A stretch of DNA of 64,000 nucleotides from Octopus vulgaris (lineage: Eukaryota): the NCBI GenBank assembly GCA_951406725.2, contig OX597822.1:58838001-58902000 (forward strand). The letters run 5' to 3'. A model generated the notes under the pieces. The model did no database searches, had not been told where the DNA came from, and saw nothing but the letters and a program-made list of their open reading frames with translations. Shown in pieces: positions 1 through 13,321 of this stretch. Each line of letters starts with the position of its first letter. Within the stretch, counting starts at the first letter, position 1. Position numbers and translations under genes: made by a program.

Positions 1-65
<65 letters not shown>
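1..65. repeat. (ATT)n microsatellite
   Basis: Perfect ATT trinucleotide run at the window start. Confidence 0.95.
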
Positions 66-69
<4 letters not shown>

Positions 70-323
70 TGTTTGTTAGAAGTGATCAAGCCCCGTTAAA
101 ATACGTCACAAGATTTTGTCGCGTCTATTCACGTTTAATTTCGTACACCAATAAGGTCAACATCTCAATTTATCTTTTTAGAATCAATTAAGTAACAACA
201 AATAAAGTGCTGGAATCGATTTAATTAGCCATAAAGCCATAACCCGCCCCCCTCGCCTACACGTTTGTGGCATTGTACCAATGTTAGAAGAAATTATTAG
301 ATATTATTACAAATAACATACAG

Positions 324-364
324 ACATCACATTGTGTGACCTTGGTTTTAGCAAAGATGTGCCG
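324..364 (+). CDS. Candidate internal exon of an unidentified gene (ITLCDLGFSKDVP)
   Basis: atacAG acceptor at 322-323 and an open frame. The donor GTTGTT is weak, and its phase fits the next exon only through alternative acceptors at 812 or 815. Confidence 0.2.
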
Positions 365-473
365 GTTGTTGTGTTTGAACTGTTTATCCAATGTATATAA
401 AAACAGTCATGGGTGATAATAATGATGAAGATAAATAACTCATGTGGAATCACGAACGCAACGCACGAATATA

Positions 474-564
<91 letters not shown>

Positions 565-590
565 TGTGTGTATGTATGTATGTATGTATG

Positions 591-655
<65 letters not shown>

Positions 656-809
656 TGTATGTGCAAGTGTGTGTGTGTATAAATAAATAAAGATAGATAA
701 ATAAATAGATAGTTATGTAGATGGAGGAGTAGAAAAAAAGGTGGAGTGAAAGGTGATGAGACAGAGAGAGAAAGAACGAGGGTGTATTATAATTACATAT
801 ATTTACCAG

Positions 810-882
810 AGCAGATTAAAGAAAAGGCCATCAGACTGAAGGTTAAAGTAGAGCGCAATCGTCAGTTAATGAAAGAAGGAAG
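810..882 (+). CDS. Candidate penultimate exon (xQIKEKAIRLKVKVERNRQLMKEGR), unidentified protein
   Basis: tttaccAG acceptor, AAG|GTACGT donor at 883, 23 open codons of charged helical composition, phase-compatible with exon 953-989. Confidence 0.5.
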
Positions 883-952
883 GTACGTGAGCCATTGGTA
901 CATCATTTCATTTTAAAAGTGTTTGGTTGTTTGGAGATGATTTTACATGCAG

Positions 953-989
953 GGGCAAGGACTGTGTGGACTGGACTTTACTGCAGTGA
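953..989 (+). CDS. Candidate terminal exon (GKDCVDWTLLQ-stop)
   Basis: ttttacatgcAG acceptor after a 70-nt GT-AG intron. AG|G joins to an Arg codon and TGA is at 987-989. Confidence 0.5.
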
Positions 990-1958
990 CAAACCGTACC
1001 CTCGCATTGTCCAGGTAGTCTTTCATTTCTAGTATTTTTGTTACATTGTGTAGGTGATTGTGGCGGTGGTGACAGTGTATTTGTGTGTGTGTTGGCAGCC
1101 TGTGACCATCTAAAGACAAACATCACATACAGTGTGTTCTTTATATCGTAATTAGTTGTCGTTCATTGTGACTTGCATGGTTTATAATGGATCTAATGTA
1201 TTGTTCGTACATTACTGTTTTTTTTTGTTCTTATTGTTATTTTTGTTGTTTGTTTATTCCTATTGTTTTTGTTGTTTGTTCGTTTCTTTAGTCCAGATTA
1301 GACCTGACGGAGCAGACCTATGATAAATATATTTCATCCATCAACATATCGTCCTTTATTCATTTAACTTCACTTAAGCTTTTATTATTTCGAGTCAAAA
1401 TCTTCGTTGCGCCGACTACGACCTGGTTACTGGCGCAGTTCTACTGCATCTCAGTAGACTGCGTCAGAGACCCGGCCGCAGTTAGTGTGACGAAACGCTC
1501 AACCACCAGGACTTATTCTTTGCACACGTACTAGTTCTATCGTTTCTTTATCTCAGCCGCTAAGTTACGGGCACGTAAACACGTACCAGCATCGGTTGTT
1601 GGGAGGGACTGTTGAGACACACAAATATATCTCTACAAATATATATATATACATATATATCATACTGTCAAAGCCAAGAATCCTATTGCTTGGGACTATT
1701 TTGAAGTTATTGGTACTATTGCAAATTTTATGTATACGAGATACACTTTTTATGCTTGACTGAACTAGCTGCTAGCGATAGTTGACGATTTTCTTTACGA
1801 GACTCACCTACCTCGCCTCAGCTTATCCTGATTAAGCAGACCTAAGATCAAAAATGTTGTAACCGTGATCATCTCATAATTTTCTGAAGGAAATTTATTG
1901 AGTTGAAATTTGCAATGGTTTCCATAATTTAGAAGGCCAGATGGACTCATTCACTGGC

Positions 1959-2366
1959 TCTTTTACTCTTTTACTCTTTTACTCTTTTACTCTTTTACTC
2001 TTTTACTCTTTTACTCTTTTTACTCTTTCACTCTTTTACTCTTTTTTACTCTTTTACTCTTTTACTCTTTTACTCTTTTACTTTTTTACTCTTTTACTCT
2101 TTTACTCTTTTACTTTTTTACTTGTTTCAATCATTTGACTGCGGCCATGCTGGAGCACCGCCTTTAGTTGAGGAAATCGACCCCAGGACTTATTCTTTGT
2201 AAGCCTAGTACTTATTCTATCGGTCTCTTTTGCCAAACCGCTAAGTTACGGGCACGTAAACACACCAGCATCGGTTGTTGGGAGGGACAAACACAGACAC
2301 ACAAATATATACACACAAATATATATATATACATATATATATACGACAGGCTTCTTTCAGTTTCCA
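1959..2366 (-). mobile_element. SINE family A (3' part) with strongly expanded (AAAAGAGT)n tail
   Basis: Matches other copies (catttgactgcggccatgctggagcaccgcc...). The octamer tail repeat spans about 1959-2121. Confidence 0.85.
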
Positions 2367-3099
2367 TGTTATGAGTTATATAATTAGATAAGCTGCAAAC
2401 TGAGTCAAAACTGTTTTGATATGTCAGCACCTCATCAATTTCACTTAATCCAGAGATTTCATAACTTTTTACGGCAATTTAACGTTATTTTGGTTACGTT
2501 AAAAAAAAAAGCAATTAAGAATATCGTTGAACAACGAAATTTATTGAGTTGAAATTTGCAATGGTTTCCATAATTTAGAAGGTCAAATGGAATATGAAGA
2601 GCATTTTTATAGGTTTGTTTTAACTGGGTATTTCATGATGTTTGCTTAAAATACTGCTGTCGAAATTGTGATGATATTTGGTCGACCACTGATGAAGGAT
2701 CGAGCATGTCCGCGTCCGTTCTGTATTTTCTCCTGTTTTTTTTTTTCGTATGTTCCTTTGTCGTTTACTGTGCCACATTATTATTATTATACATGCATAC
2801 CTACTTATCACATACACTCTAGACATACACTCTAGACATAGAAATATGTCTGTTCTATACAGAACTGTGTTGCAACATTTTAGTCCCAAGAAAACGCCTT
2901 TTCCAGCTGGTTAACGACACACAAAGCAATGCCCATGACCCTTTACAGTGCCTCTTTCACGGATGAGAGGGAGAGAAGGGAAGAGAGGGAACTATCCTCA
3001 AACCAGAGATCTACTCTGAAGTGCTTGCATCAGCGTGGACTCTGCTAAAAGTACCCAAGATACTAGATGGTGATATCTTAACTGAAAAACTACCCAAGA

Positions 3100-3178
3100 C
3101 AAGATTAAGTTCACCACCTAAGATTAAGTTCACCACCCAAGATTAAGTCTATCACCCAAGGTTAAATCTACCGCCCAG
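3100..3178. repeat. 19-bp minisatellite (CAAGATTAAGTTCACCACC) x4
   Basis: Four diverging tandem units read directly. Confidence 0.8.
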
Positions 3179-5488
3179 TATTTTTTTTTACAATAATGTC
3201 TACGACCTACAAGTACTTTTAGACACGACAGCATATTATGCCTTTCATAACTACTTTCAACATCGAACTATTTTATAAGGAATAGAATAAAATAAACAGT
3301 TTTCACACAAGAAATTTAAAGCAAAACCAATGATAGGTAGTCACGTGAGGGTTCACTGTATTTATGTTACCGAGATGTTGCTGGTATATATCTACAATGA
3401 GAGATCAAATTGACAGCGACTGTCATACATACATACATACATACATACATACATACATACATGCATACATACATACATACATACATACATACATACATAC
3501 ATACATACATGCATGCATACATACAAATACAGTCTGAAACTTCGAAATCACTGTCACCCCCTCTTGTAAAGTTTTAATAAGCATGTACTCTACTAGAAAA
3601 ATATTGGGTAATCTTTCAGATTAATGTTATCTTAAACTGGTTTTATATATAACTTGACATGAAAGCAAACCTTAATGTATATACATATATGTATGCATGT
3701 GTATATATGTGTGTGTGTGTGTGTATGTGTCTGTGTGTGTATACATATACACACATACACATATACGTATATATGAATATAATATATATATATATGTTCA
3801 TATATATAAATGCATATACATATGCATACATACATACATACATACATACATACATACATACATACATACATACATACATACATACATACATTTATACATA
3901 CATACACACGTGATGCATGCTGCTGAGTTCGCAAGTCGTGCCTGGATTATACTGTCATTTCAAAAGTTATTCTTCATGCTTTTCCACAGGAATTCTTCCC
4001 CTGAATCTCCACGATTTTGCTAGATTGTCGTTTGGCCTACAGTTGACGCATCCATCCCTTTAGTAGGTATCGTTCTGTTCTCTACTACATTTCTAGCGGC
4101 TCTCGTCACTAGGATAGCTTTGTGGGGGCATGGCTTAATGTTCGACGATCTATCCCTGTAATAGATTTTATCACTTTGCATGAAAATAATAGCATTCATG
4201 AGCTTGAACTGACCCGATGCTGCTCTTTTAAATTCACTTTATTTTCCTTAATTATCAGGTTACTCTTTGGTCTCACAATTTTTGTTAAGTACAGGTGTAA
4301 CCAAACAACACTATTGTTTACAAATGCAGGACATAAAAAACAAACAAACTATTGTTTTCTTAAGGAAGTTAGATAATAAGTAGATAATTGAACCAGCTAA
4401 TTTGTAATTCCTGTTATTACATTCATTAATTCATATAATTGTTGATTGGTAAAAATCAAGCTTAAATCAAAATTATTGGATTTAAGATGATTGAGCAAGC
4501 TCATCTCTAATTCCTGGCATTACATTTATTAATTTAGGTGATATAAACATGGGAAATGCTTTGCTCCCTGCAGAAACCTCAGCAGCTACTCAGAGGTTTT
4601 ACAAGCTCTTCTAAATCCTTAACAATATTGGAAACCCTTCGGTATCGTCAGAAGGTATATTAGGGTCACAAGCGTTTAGCTCCTTAGCCCGCGCGCATCA
4701 CCTGAGTGAGGCAACGAGGACTGAATTAGTTTTTATCCACAGAAGGGTTCTACTGGCGGTCTCTTATCAACTATAGCCACCTTTAGCTTCTGTGCCTATA
4801 TCCTTGGTGGCATTCTTCAGTTATTGCGGTTCCAGACCAATTTTATACGTACTGCACTGGCTAGAAAGCTGCGGCGGCCGTCTTTTATAGGGTTATGAGG
4901 TCACGTGCCATCCCTTGACGAGGGCTTTGTCGAGCAAATCCTGATAATCAAACTGAATGAAAAATTATGGTATTTAAAACGATTGAACTAGTTTATTTCT
5001 AATTAAGTGGTGTTACGTTTATTAATTTAGGAAAAGTTAATTGGTAAAAAATCAATCTCAGCTCTTTAACTCGGCGTTTAAGATATACTGTATTAATGAT
5101 TTGCCTATAATAGAGTGATGATTTGATTGAGTTGTTATACACCAAACTTAGCTTTGCCCTTCATCTTCTCGGGGTTGATAAAATTAAGGTCCAGTCGAGT
5201 ACTGGAATTGATGAAAACGACTAACCCCCACCTCGTCAAAAAAATTGTTAGCATTTTGTCTTAATCAGAAACCATTAATAATTTCTTCTCTGCATTTTGC
5301 AAAGAAGAAATTAGTATCATGGAATAAATATATATCCAATTACTGGCTATAAACTATCTAGAAAGGTAGAAAGATTTTTAAAAAAGTGGTGATTTCCTCA
5401 TTCTCCATTTTATTTGCACATGTTTTAGCTAACAAACAGAACGAAGTAAAATAAAACGAAAAAATAAATAAAACAGTAATTCATACAC

Positions 5489-6330
<842 letters not shown>

Positions 6331-6439
6331 ACATGAGTTGGGAAAAGTTTTGTCAATGGTGTATTGTTGTGTTGATCTCTCCGCGGGAGAATTCTCCCCC
6401 GATTGGTCGACTTTTTTGTGATCTAATCACACAAAGTTT

Positions 6440-7340
6440 CGCTCCAGATTTTCTGCCTTCAAGCAGACTGTGGTAATAAATGCTTCTTAGACAAACAAGA
6501 AACTTGATATTTTAGCATTATTTCGGCTTGTGATTGCAAAACAAAAGTGGAAAATATTGAATCTGTTCGGCTGCCACAGGAAAAAATAAGCCGAAAATCG
6601 ATGTATCGAGTGCTGAAGGAGGATCTCAGGACCTACCCCTACAAGATAATCTGCCATCATTAGCTTGCGCAAATTTATAAGGTCATGAAACAAGAGAGAA
6701 CTCGTCTTATACTGCATCATATTGCTGAAGGTACGCTGCCCAACCTGGTGTTCACTGATGAACAGAAATTTGACATCGAACAGACAATAAATCACCAGAA
6801 TGACTGATTTTGGAGTATATCTGGCTTCATCGAGGGTAGACGTCAAAATCCACTGTCAGTTATAGTTTGGGCGGATGTGACAGCCAGTGGAAAGTATCCC
6901 CTCGTTTTGATGCCCTCGGGTGTTAAAATTAACATCCAGCGATACATTAACGACATTCTGGAAGCTGAACTGCTTCCATACGCGAATGAGCACTTTCAAT
7001 GCACACCTTGGAGCCTTCAAAAGGCCTCGGAGGTCTCACAGCTCCAAATAGACACAATATTGGATTCAGAAAAACATTCCGCCGTTCATAGGCAAGGATA
7101 TATAGAAGATCCGATTTCAACCCGTTGGATTTTTCTGTTTGGTCCATTTTGCAGACGAGTATCTCGAGCACTCCTCATGCTTCGCTCGATGCTCTGAAGG
7201 TAAAACTGTGCCAGGAACGGGCTTCCATTCCGCAAGAACGGCTGCGTGCCGCGTGTGAAGCATTCTCACCTAAACTGTAGTTCGAAGCAAAGGTGGTCAT
7301 ATCGAATAAATGTGGTAGTGCCATTATTGTGCATCCTTTA
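6440..7340 (+). mobile_element. Degenerate Tc1/mariner-superfamily transposase, maT (DD37D)-like
   Basis: Frameshifted motifs VFTDEQKFDIEQTINHQND, VIVWADVTASGKYPLVLMPSGVKIN and DFNPLDFSVWSIL. Confidence 0.75.
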
Positions 7341-7424
<84 letters not shown>

Positions 7425-7886
7425 GTATGTATGTATATATATATATATATATATAATGTTCCGATAATCTGATGAGTTGTTTTTTCTTTATTCTACATGC
7501 ATTAATTTGTGAATATGAAATTATATTGCGTAATGCAGAGCATGCATATTAATGCAAACGTATGTAGAATTTCTTCCATACTGAAGTTAATACTACATGA
7601 AGAAAGTTACGAAACGGCTGTAATCCTATAGAAGTTATGTGGTTAGATAGAAATATATATTCACCTCTTGTGCTTCCTGATTTTATGTGTTTAATATACA
7701 TCCCATGAAATAATTTTATCGCTTGGATTTTCTGAATTTTCCGGATTTTCCGTTACACGGATACTGTACATCACACGTTTTGTAATTTATTATCATTTGG
7801 ACTGATAGTTGAGTCCATATGATGAACTTTCTGTCATAGCTGCACGATTCTCTGAATTCACATCTTTCACTATTCATTTACACGTG

Positions 7887-7953
<67 letters not shown>

Positions 7954-7979
7954 ACACACAACTGTTTTCGGTACTGCTT

Positions 7980-8370
7980 CGTATTTCTTTACTGCCCACA
8001 AGGGGCTACACACAGAGGGAACAAAAAAGGACAGACAAAGGGATTAAGTCGATTACATCGACCCCAGTGCGTAACTGGTACTTATTTAATCGACCCCGAA
8101 AGGATGAAAGGCGGAATTTGAACTCAGAACGTAGCGGCAGACGAAATACCTGTTTCTTTATTACCCACAAGGAGGGGACAAACAAGGACAGACAAACGGA
8201 TTAAGTCGATTACATCAATCCCAGTGCGTAACTGGTACTTAATCTATCGACCCCGAAAGGATGAAAGGCAAAGTCGACCTCGGCGGAATTTGAACTCAGA
8301 ACGTAACGGCAGACGAAATACCGTTAAGCATTTCGCCCGGCGTGCTAATGTTTCTGCCAGCTCGCCTTCT
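7980..8370 (-). mobile_element. SINE family B (tRNA head plus Deu/Nin-like domain), tandem composite
   Basis: The reverse strand reads gagctggcagaaac...gagttcaaattcc...GCCTTTCATCCTTTCGGGGTCGAT...AAGTACCAG. Further copies lie near 9324, 9721, 10980, 11772, 39688, 50697, 55158, 56364, 59160 and 61878. Confidence 0.85.
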
Positions 8371-8809
8371 ATACTGTTTCTACCAACCAAATTCCATCCA
8401 CATGACATGCCTTAACCCGAGTTTATGATTGAAGACATTTAACCGAAGTACTGTGCAGTGGACTTGAACCTGGAAGCACAGCGTTAAAAACTGCTGAGCT
8501 GCACAGCCATATGCAAGCCCATGTCGTACCGTACTACTTATCGAAAAATATCAGCGAGCCTGAACAACTGAAAATAGTTACAAGTGAGAATCGAAACCAA
8601 ATTGCGGATTAGTTGAACTGGAAACGTTACACTCTTCTATGCCAGACATCACAAAAGAAGCAAAGAATATCATGACAATGGTAATAATTTCTTTTGACGG
8701 CGTAAAAAGACAATTTTGCTGGAGAGCTATATTGTAACGATATTTTTTTTTAATCGTGTATAAATTACACAGAAGCTGTCTTAATCAGATTTCCTGGGAT
8801 CATTGGCAA

Positions 8810-9290
8810 TCCAACACGATAATCGATGACGAACAACTGGTGGATAAGGGAATATGGGTCTGTGTTGGACAACTTTTTATCAATATAAATGTAATCGCTG
8901 AGGCAATAAGACACTAAAGAGGATTTTTTATTTAGTCCATCATCTATGATTACCAGAATCATCTTAATTTGCCGAAGTACCAAGCATTTCAAGGTTTTAC
9001 AAAATTAGGTCGTTCATTCTATTGTTGAGTATAGAAAAACTAGCAATTATCTTCCAACACTATAAAACTTAAATGGGAAATATTCCGAGAAAATAACCAT
9101 GTTATTGTCTGTTTTGGCACAAAAACGCTACTGTCGCTGCTTTCAAGGAAATAAGCTCCTTAATAACAAAGGACATTGATGTTAGACTAGACTTTTTCAT
9201 TGACGACTTGAAAATTTATCAATAATAAAATGGAGCAAGGAAACAATTTAAACTAGTAGAAACATTTTCACCCGAACTGCAAATGGAATC
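8810..9290 (+). mobile_element. Highly decayed piggyBac-like transposase remnant
   Basis: Fragmentary motifs IDDEQL and LDNFLS plus a weak YNK..D-like stretch, in the order expected for the piggyBac DDD core. Many stops and deletions. Confidence 0.35.
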
Positions 9291-9323
9291 TGTCCAGAAA
9301 AAGATTTCACATCCAACTATATA

Positions 9324-10116
9324 TTTCTTTACTAGCACAGAGGGGACAAACAAGGACAGACAAACGGATTAAGTCGATTACATCGACCCCAGTGCGAAAC
9401 TGGTACATAATTTATCGACCCTGAAAGGATGAAAGCAAAGTCGACCTCGGCGGAATTTGAACTCAGAACGTAACGGCAGACGAAATACCGCTAAGCATTT
9501 CGCCTGGCGTGCTAACGTTTCTGCCAGATCGCCGCCTTGCATCCTACTATAAACTACAGTTAAACTATCAATGGCCTTTATATCATTTATATTTGTAAAT
9601 CAAATAAAACCTTAGGATAGATTAATAATGTATTCTATAAGATCGTTAGGCAACACGACTAGAGTAACTAATGATTATTACGTTAGGATTCAGAATGAAA
9701 CAACCTTGTAGTACTAATACTGGTTTCAAATCTTGACACAAGGACAGCTATTTGGGGGCAGAGAGTAAGTCGATTACATCGACCTCAATCCTTAACTGTT
9801 ACTTATTTTATCGTCTCTGAAACGATGAAAGGCGAAGTCGACCTCGGCAGAATTTGAACCCAGAACGTAGATAGATGAAATAGCTATTTCTTTACTACCC
9901 ATAAGGGGCTAAACACAGAGAGGACAAACAAGGACAGACAAACGGATTAAGTCGATTATATCGACCCCAGTGCGTAGCTGGTACTTATTTAATCGACCCC
10001 GAAAGGATGAAAGACAAAGTCGACCGCGGCGGTATTTGAACTCAGAACGTAACGGCAGACGAAATACGGCTACGCATTTCGCCCGGCGTGCTAACGTTTC
10101 TGCCAGCTCGCCGCCT
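9324..10116 (-). mobile_element. Cluster of SINE family B copies
   Basis: Near-consensus copies at about 9324-9538 and 9721-10116, with CpGs retained. Confidence 0.85.
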
Positions 10117-11284
10117 TTCGTAGTACTAATATTGGCACCGATGTTTGCGGTGTTTGATTGAACGTTCGAAAAATATTCCTTGAAGAATGTTACTGATTAC
10201 CACTGTCAATTTCCTCACCAACCATCGGAATACGAAGTGAAGGAGTTTGAGATCAAAGCAAACAAATTTTGAATGTCGCTTATTAGTTGTATAAGGATAT
10301 GTCAGGGCCATAATTCACGATTCTCGCCTCATAATAAGATACGAACTTTATTTAATTTGTTGAAGTTCATTGAACTGGTTTTCACCAACATGGGCTGCAA
10401 CTAATGTTTTACATTATTTTTTATCCTATAAGACGGATAATTACATCAATATAAGAAAGCAAATCAGCTTATCGTAGATTAACCAGCGGTATCAATTCAC
10501 ATTTTGAGCTAAGCGCCTTCGCTAAGCCTAAAAGAAAAAAAAATCTACTAAATTATTTCCTGAATGAACGAGAGAGAAAAGCCTCTGTGATAATATTTGT
10601 CTGTTACATGAAACGGATAATGGAAAGATAACGTGGAAGATATATCATCAACTGCTGCCTCAAATGTCAACTAGTTGAAAGGTGACGTTATATGCCGAGA
10701 CTTTCAACAATACTGTCTGTGGGATGGCTGCTCAGATAGAAAATGATAGAATTTGACATAACATTCGAATGTAAAAGATAAACTAGTTATTGTTTTTGAT
10801 CCTGACGCCAATGTTACAGGAGACAGAAACCAGTCGGTATAATTTTGGAAAGTTTTTTTCCTTATTTATTTATTTATTTATTTTAGCTAATATCGATGTT
10901 ACAGTAGTAAATGGAAATCAGTATGTACAGTTTGGGAAGGTATATGTTAACTAACTAATATTAATATTACAGTAAATAGAGGCCGCGAGCTGGCAGAATC
11001 GTTAGCACGCCGGGTAAAACAGCATTTCGTCTATCTTTACGTTCTTAGTTAAAATTTCGTCGAGGTAGACGTTGTCTTTCATCCTTTCTGGGTCGATAAA
11101 ATAAGTACCAGTTGAACATTGGGGCCAATGGAATCGACTTACCTTATCCTCATAAATTCCTGGTCTTGTGCCAAAACTTGAAACTAATGTTACACTAAAT
11201 AGAAATAAAAAAAAATGTCGATTGACATAGAAGTTGCTGTTATACTCTGATAATAGATATACTTACAATCATTAATCATCAAGT

Positions 11285-11415
11285 ATTGATCATGCCACCT
11301 ACAATTGATCATGTCCCAAAGTATTGATTACGTCACCAACTATTGATCATGTTTCAAAATATTGATTACGTGATCAATTATCGATCATATCCCAAAATTT
11401 TGATTACGTCATTAA
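11285..11415. repeat. 19-bp minisatellite with alternating A/B units (38-bp higher order)
   Basis: About 7 units; ATTGATCATGTCCCAAAGT-type units alternate with ATTGATTACGTCACCAACT-type units. Confidence 0.8.
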
Positions 11416-12688
11416 TGCTTCTTTCAGAGAAGGGCAGCCATTTGAAATATCCTGTCTCACTTGCAAGTTTATCTCTATAAATGACTATATAGATAATTTA
11501 ATTTCAGGCATCAAACAACATTGATTCAACTTTCCTTCTCTTCACATAAATAAATATGAACTTATCTGACTATCAAACTAATCTTTACTGTTTTATGAAA
11601 GATTGCATTTTAACTAATTCAATTAGCAGCCGTCAGAAGAGCACCTGATGACAACCAGAGGTAAAACACTTGATTAAAGAGAAAGGAGTAGTTTTGTGAG
11701 ATTAGATAAGTTATTGATAAAATAAGATTACTTTAGTATTCCGATAATTAAGTTACATTGACAGTTGTATTGATTTCAAATTTTGGCACAGGCCCAGCAA
11801 TTTTAGGGGAGAGGTAAGTTGATTAAATCGATTTCAGTATTCAATTGGTACTCGTTTTATCGACCCCGAAGGGATGAAAAAAAGTCGACCTTAGTGGAAT
11901 TTGAACATAGAACGTGAGGTCGAGCGAAATGCGCTAGGCACTTTACCTGATTAATAAATTAAAATAATGAAATTAAGTTTATCAACTATTCTTTTATTCT
12001 TTTATCTGTTTCAGTCATTTGACTGTGGCCATGCTGGAGCACTGCCATTAGTAGAACAAATCGATCCCAGGACTTATTCTTTGTAAGCCTAGGTCTTGTT
12101 CTATCAGTCTCTTTTGCCGAATCGCTAAGTTATGGGAACGTAAACACACCAACATCTTTCAGTTTCCATCTATCTACCAAATCCACTCACAAGGCTTTGG
12201 TCGGCCCAAGGCTATAGTAGAAGACACTTGCCAAGGTGCCACACAGTGGGACTGAACCCGGAACCATGTGGTTGCTAAGCAAGCTACTTACCACACAGCC
12301 ACTCCTGCGCCTATAAATTAATTATTTGATTGAAACTATATTAATTATTTGACTGAATTAACTAAAATTTTAAATTATTAAACTTAAATGATCATTTAAA
12401 TCGTTAATTAATATGATAAATTAGTTAAATTAGTTAATTAAATGATATCAGTTAAATTAGTTAAACTAATCAATTATTGAAGAAGAAAGAATTTAGATCT
12501 CTGTTTTGGGTGGGCGTCTACATCGCTAAATTATTAATTAATGTAGTTAAATTAACTGATTCATATGAATTATTTAACAAAAAAAGATGACTTTCATTTT
12601 AATAAATTATTTTAACTGTTATAAAAAGATCTTTTATTTTATGTACACAGTTTCTCGCATATAAACATACATATACGTGTATGTCTAA

Positions 12689-12770
<82 letters not shown>

Positions 12771-12771
12771 G

Positions 12772-13286
12772 ATATGAGGGGTTTAGTACACTGGTGATCT
12801 ATACGAATAAGTACGCTAAGTGCTATAACTGGTCATCCGTTGTTAAGTCCCAAGTTCACAGGTGAGGCTACAGGTAGGGATCCATATTAGTCTACTGTGT
12901 TAGTAGATGTACATTAGAGGAAAATGACATAAAAACCAAGGCAGGACGAGTATCTCAAGTCATTTATAACTTAATTAGGGTAAGGTTGATTTGAAGTCCT
13001 ACAGCTGTTTTGGGGGATATCCCAAGTGATAGACTAGCATGTTCGTACACTGGGTACTCTGTCATCAGAGATAAAGTGAGTATGTATGAAAGTTCTAGAG
13101 ACAAAAATCTACAGTTTATAAGGAATAAAATAGAAGAATAAAGAGTAAAAGTAGGTATAAGATTTAAGCCTATCACTTGGGATATCCCAGGAACAGCTGT
13201 AAGACTTCAAATTAATCTTACTCTAATTAAATTATTATAAATAGCTTGAGATACTCGTTCTGCCTTGGGTTTTGATGTCCTTTTCC

Positions 13287-13292
<6 letters not shown>
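12772..13292. mobile_element. Penelope-like pLTR fragment with inverted segment and degenerate hammerhead
   Basis: Same family as 47215-48553. Inverted arms at about 12915-13035 and 13168-13292. The minus strand reads CTGATGA...cAAAACAGCTGTA (GAAA lost). Confidence 0.7.

Positions 13293-13321
<29 letters not shown>

Noticed and set aside
324-364. Protein kinase subdomain VII (ITLCDLGFSK resembles IKLCDFG)
   Set aside because: The downstream candidate exons lack APE or later kinase motifs and stop soon after, so the resemblance is too short.
11285-11415. Possible CRISPR-like array (also 3100-3178 and 49075-49265)
   Set aside because: The units are contiguous with no unique spacers, there are no cas genes, and the context is eukaryotic.
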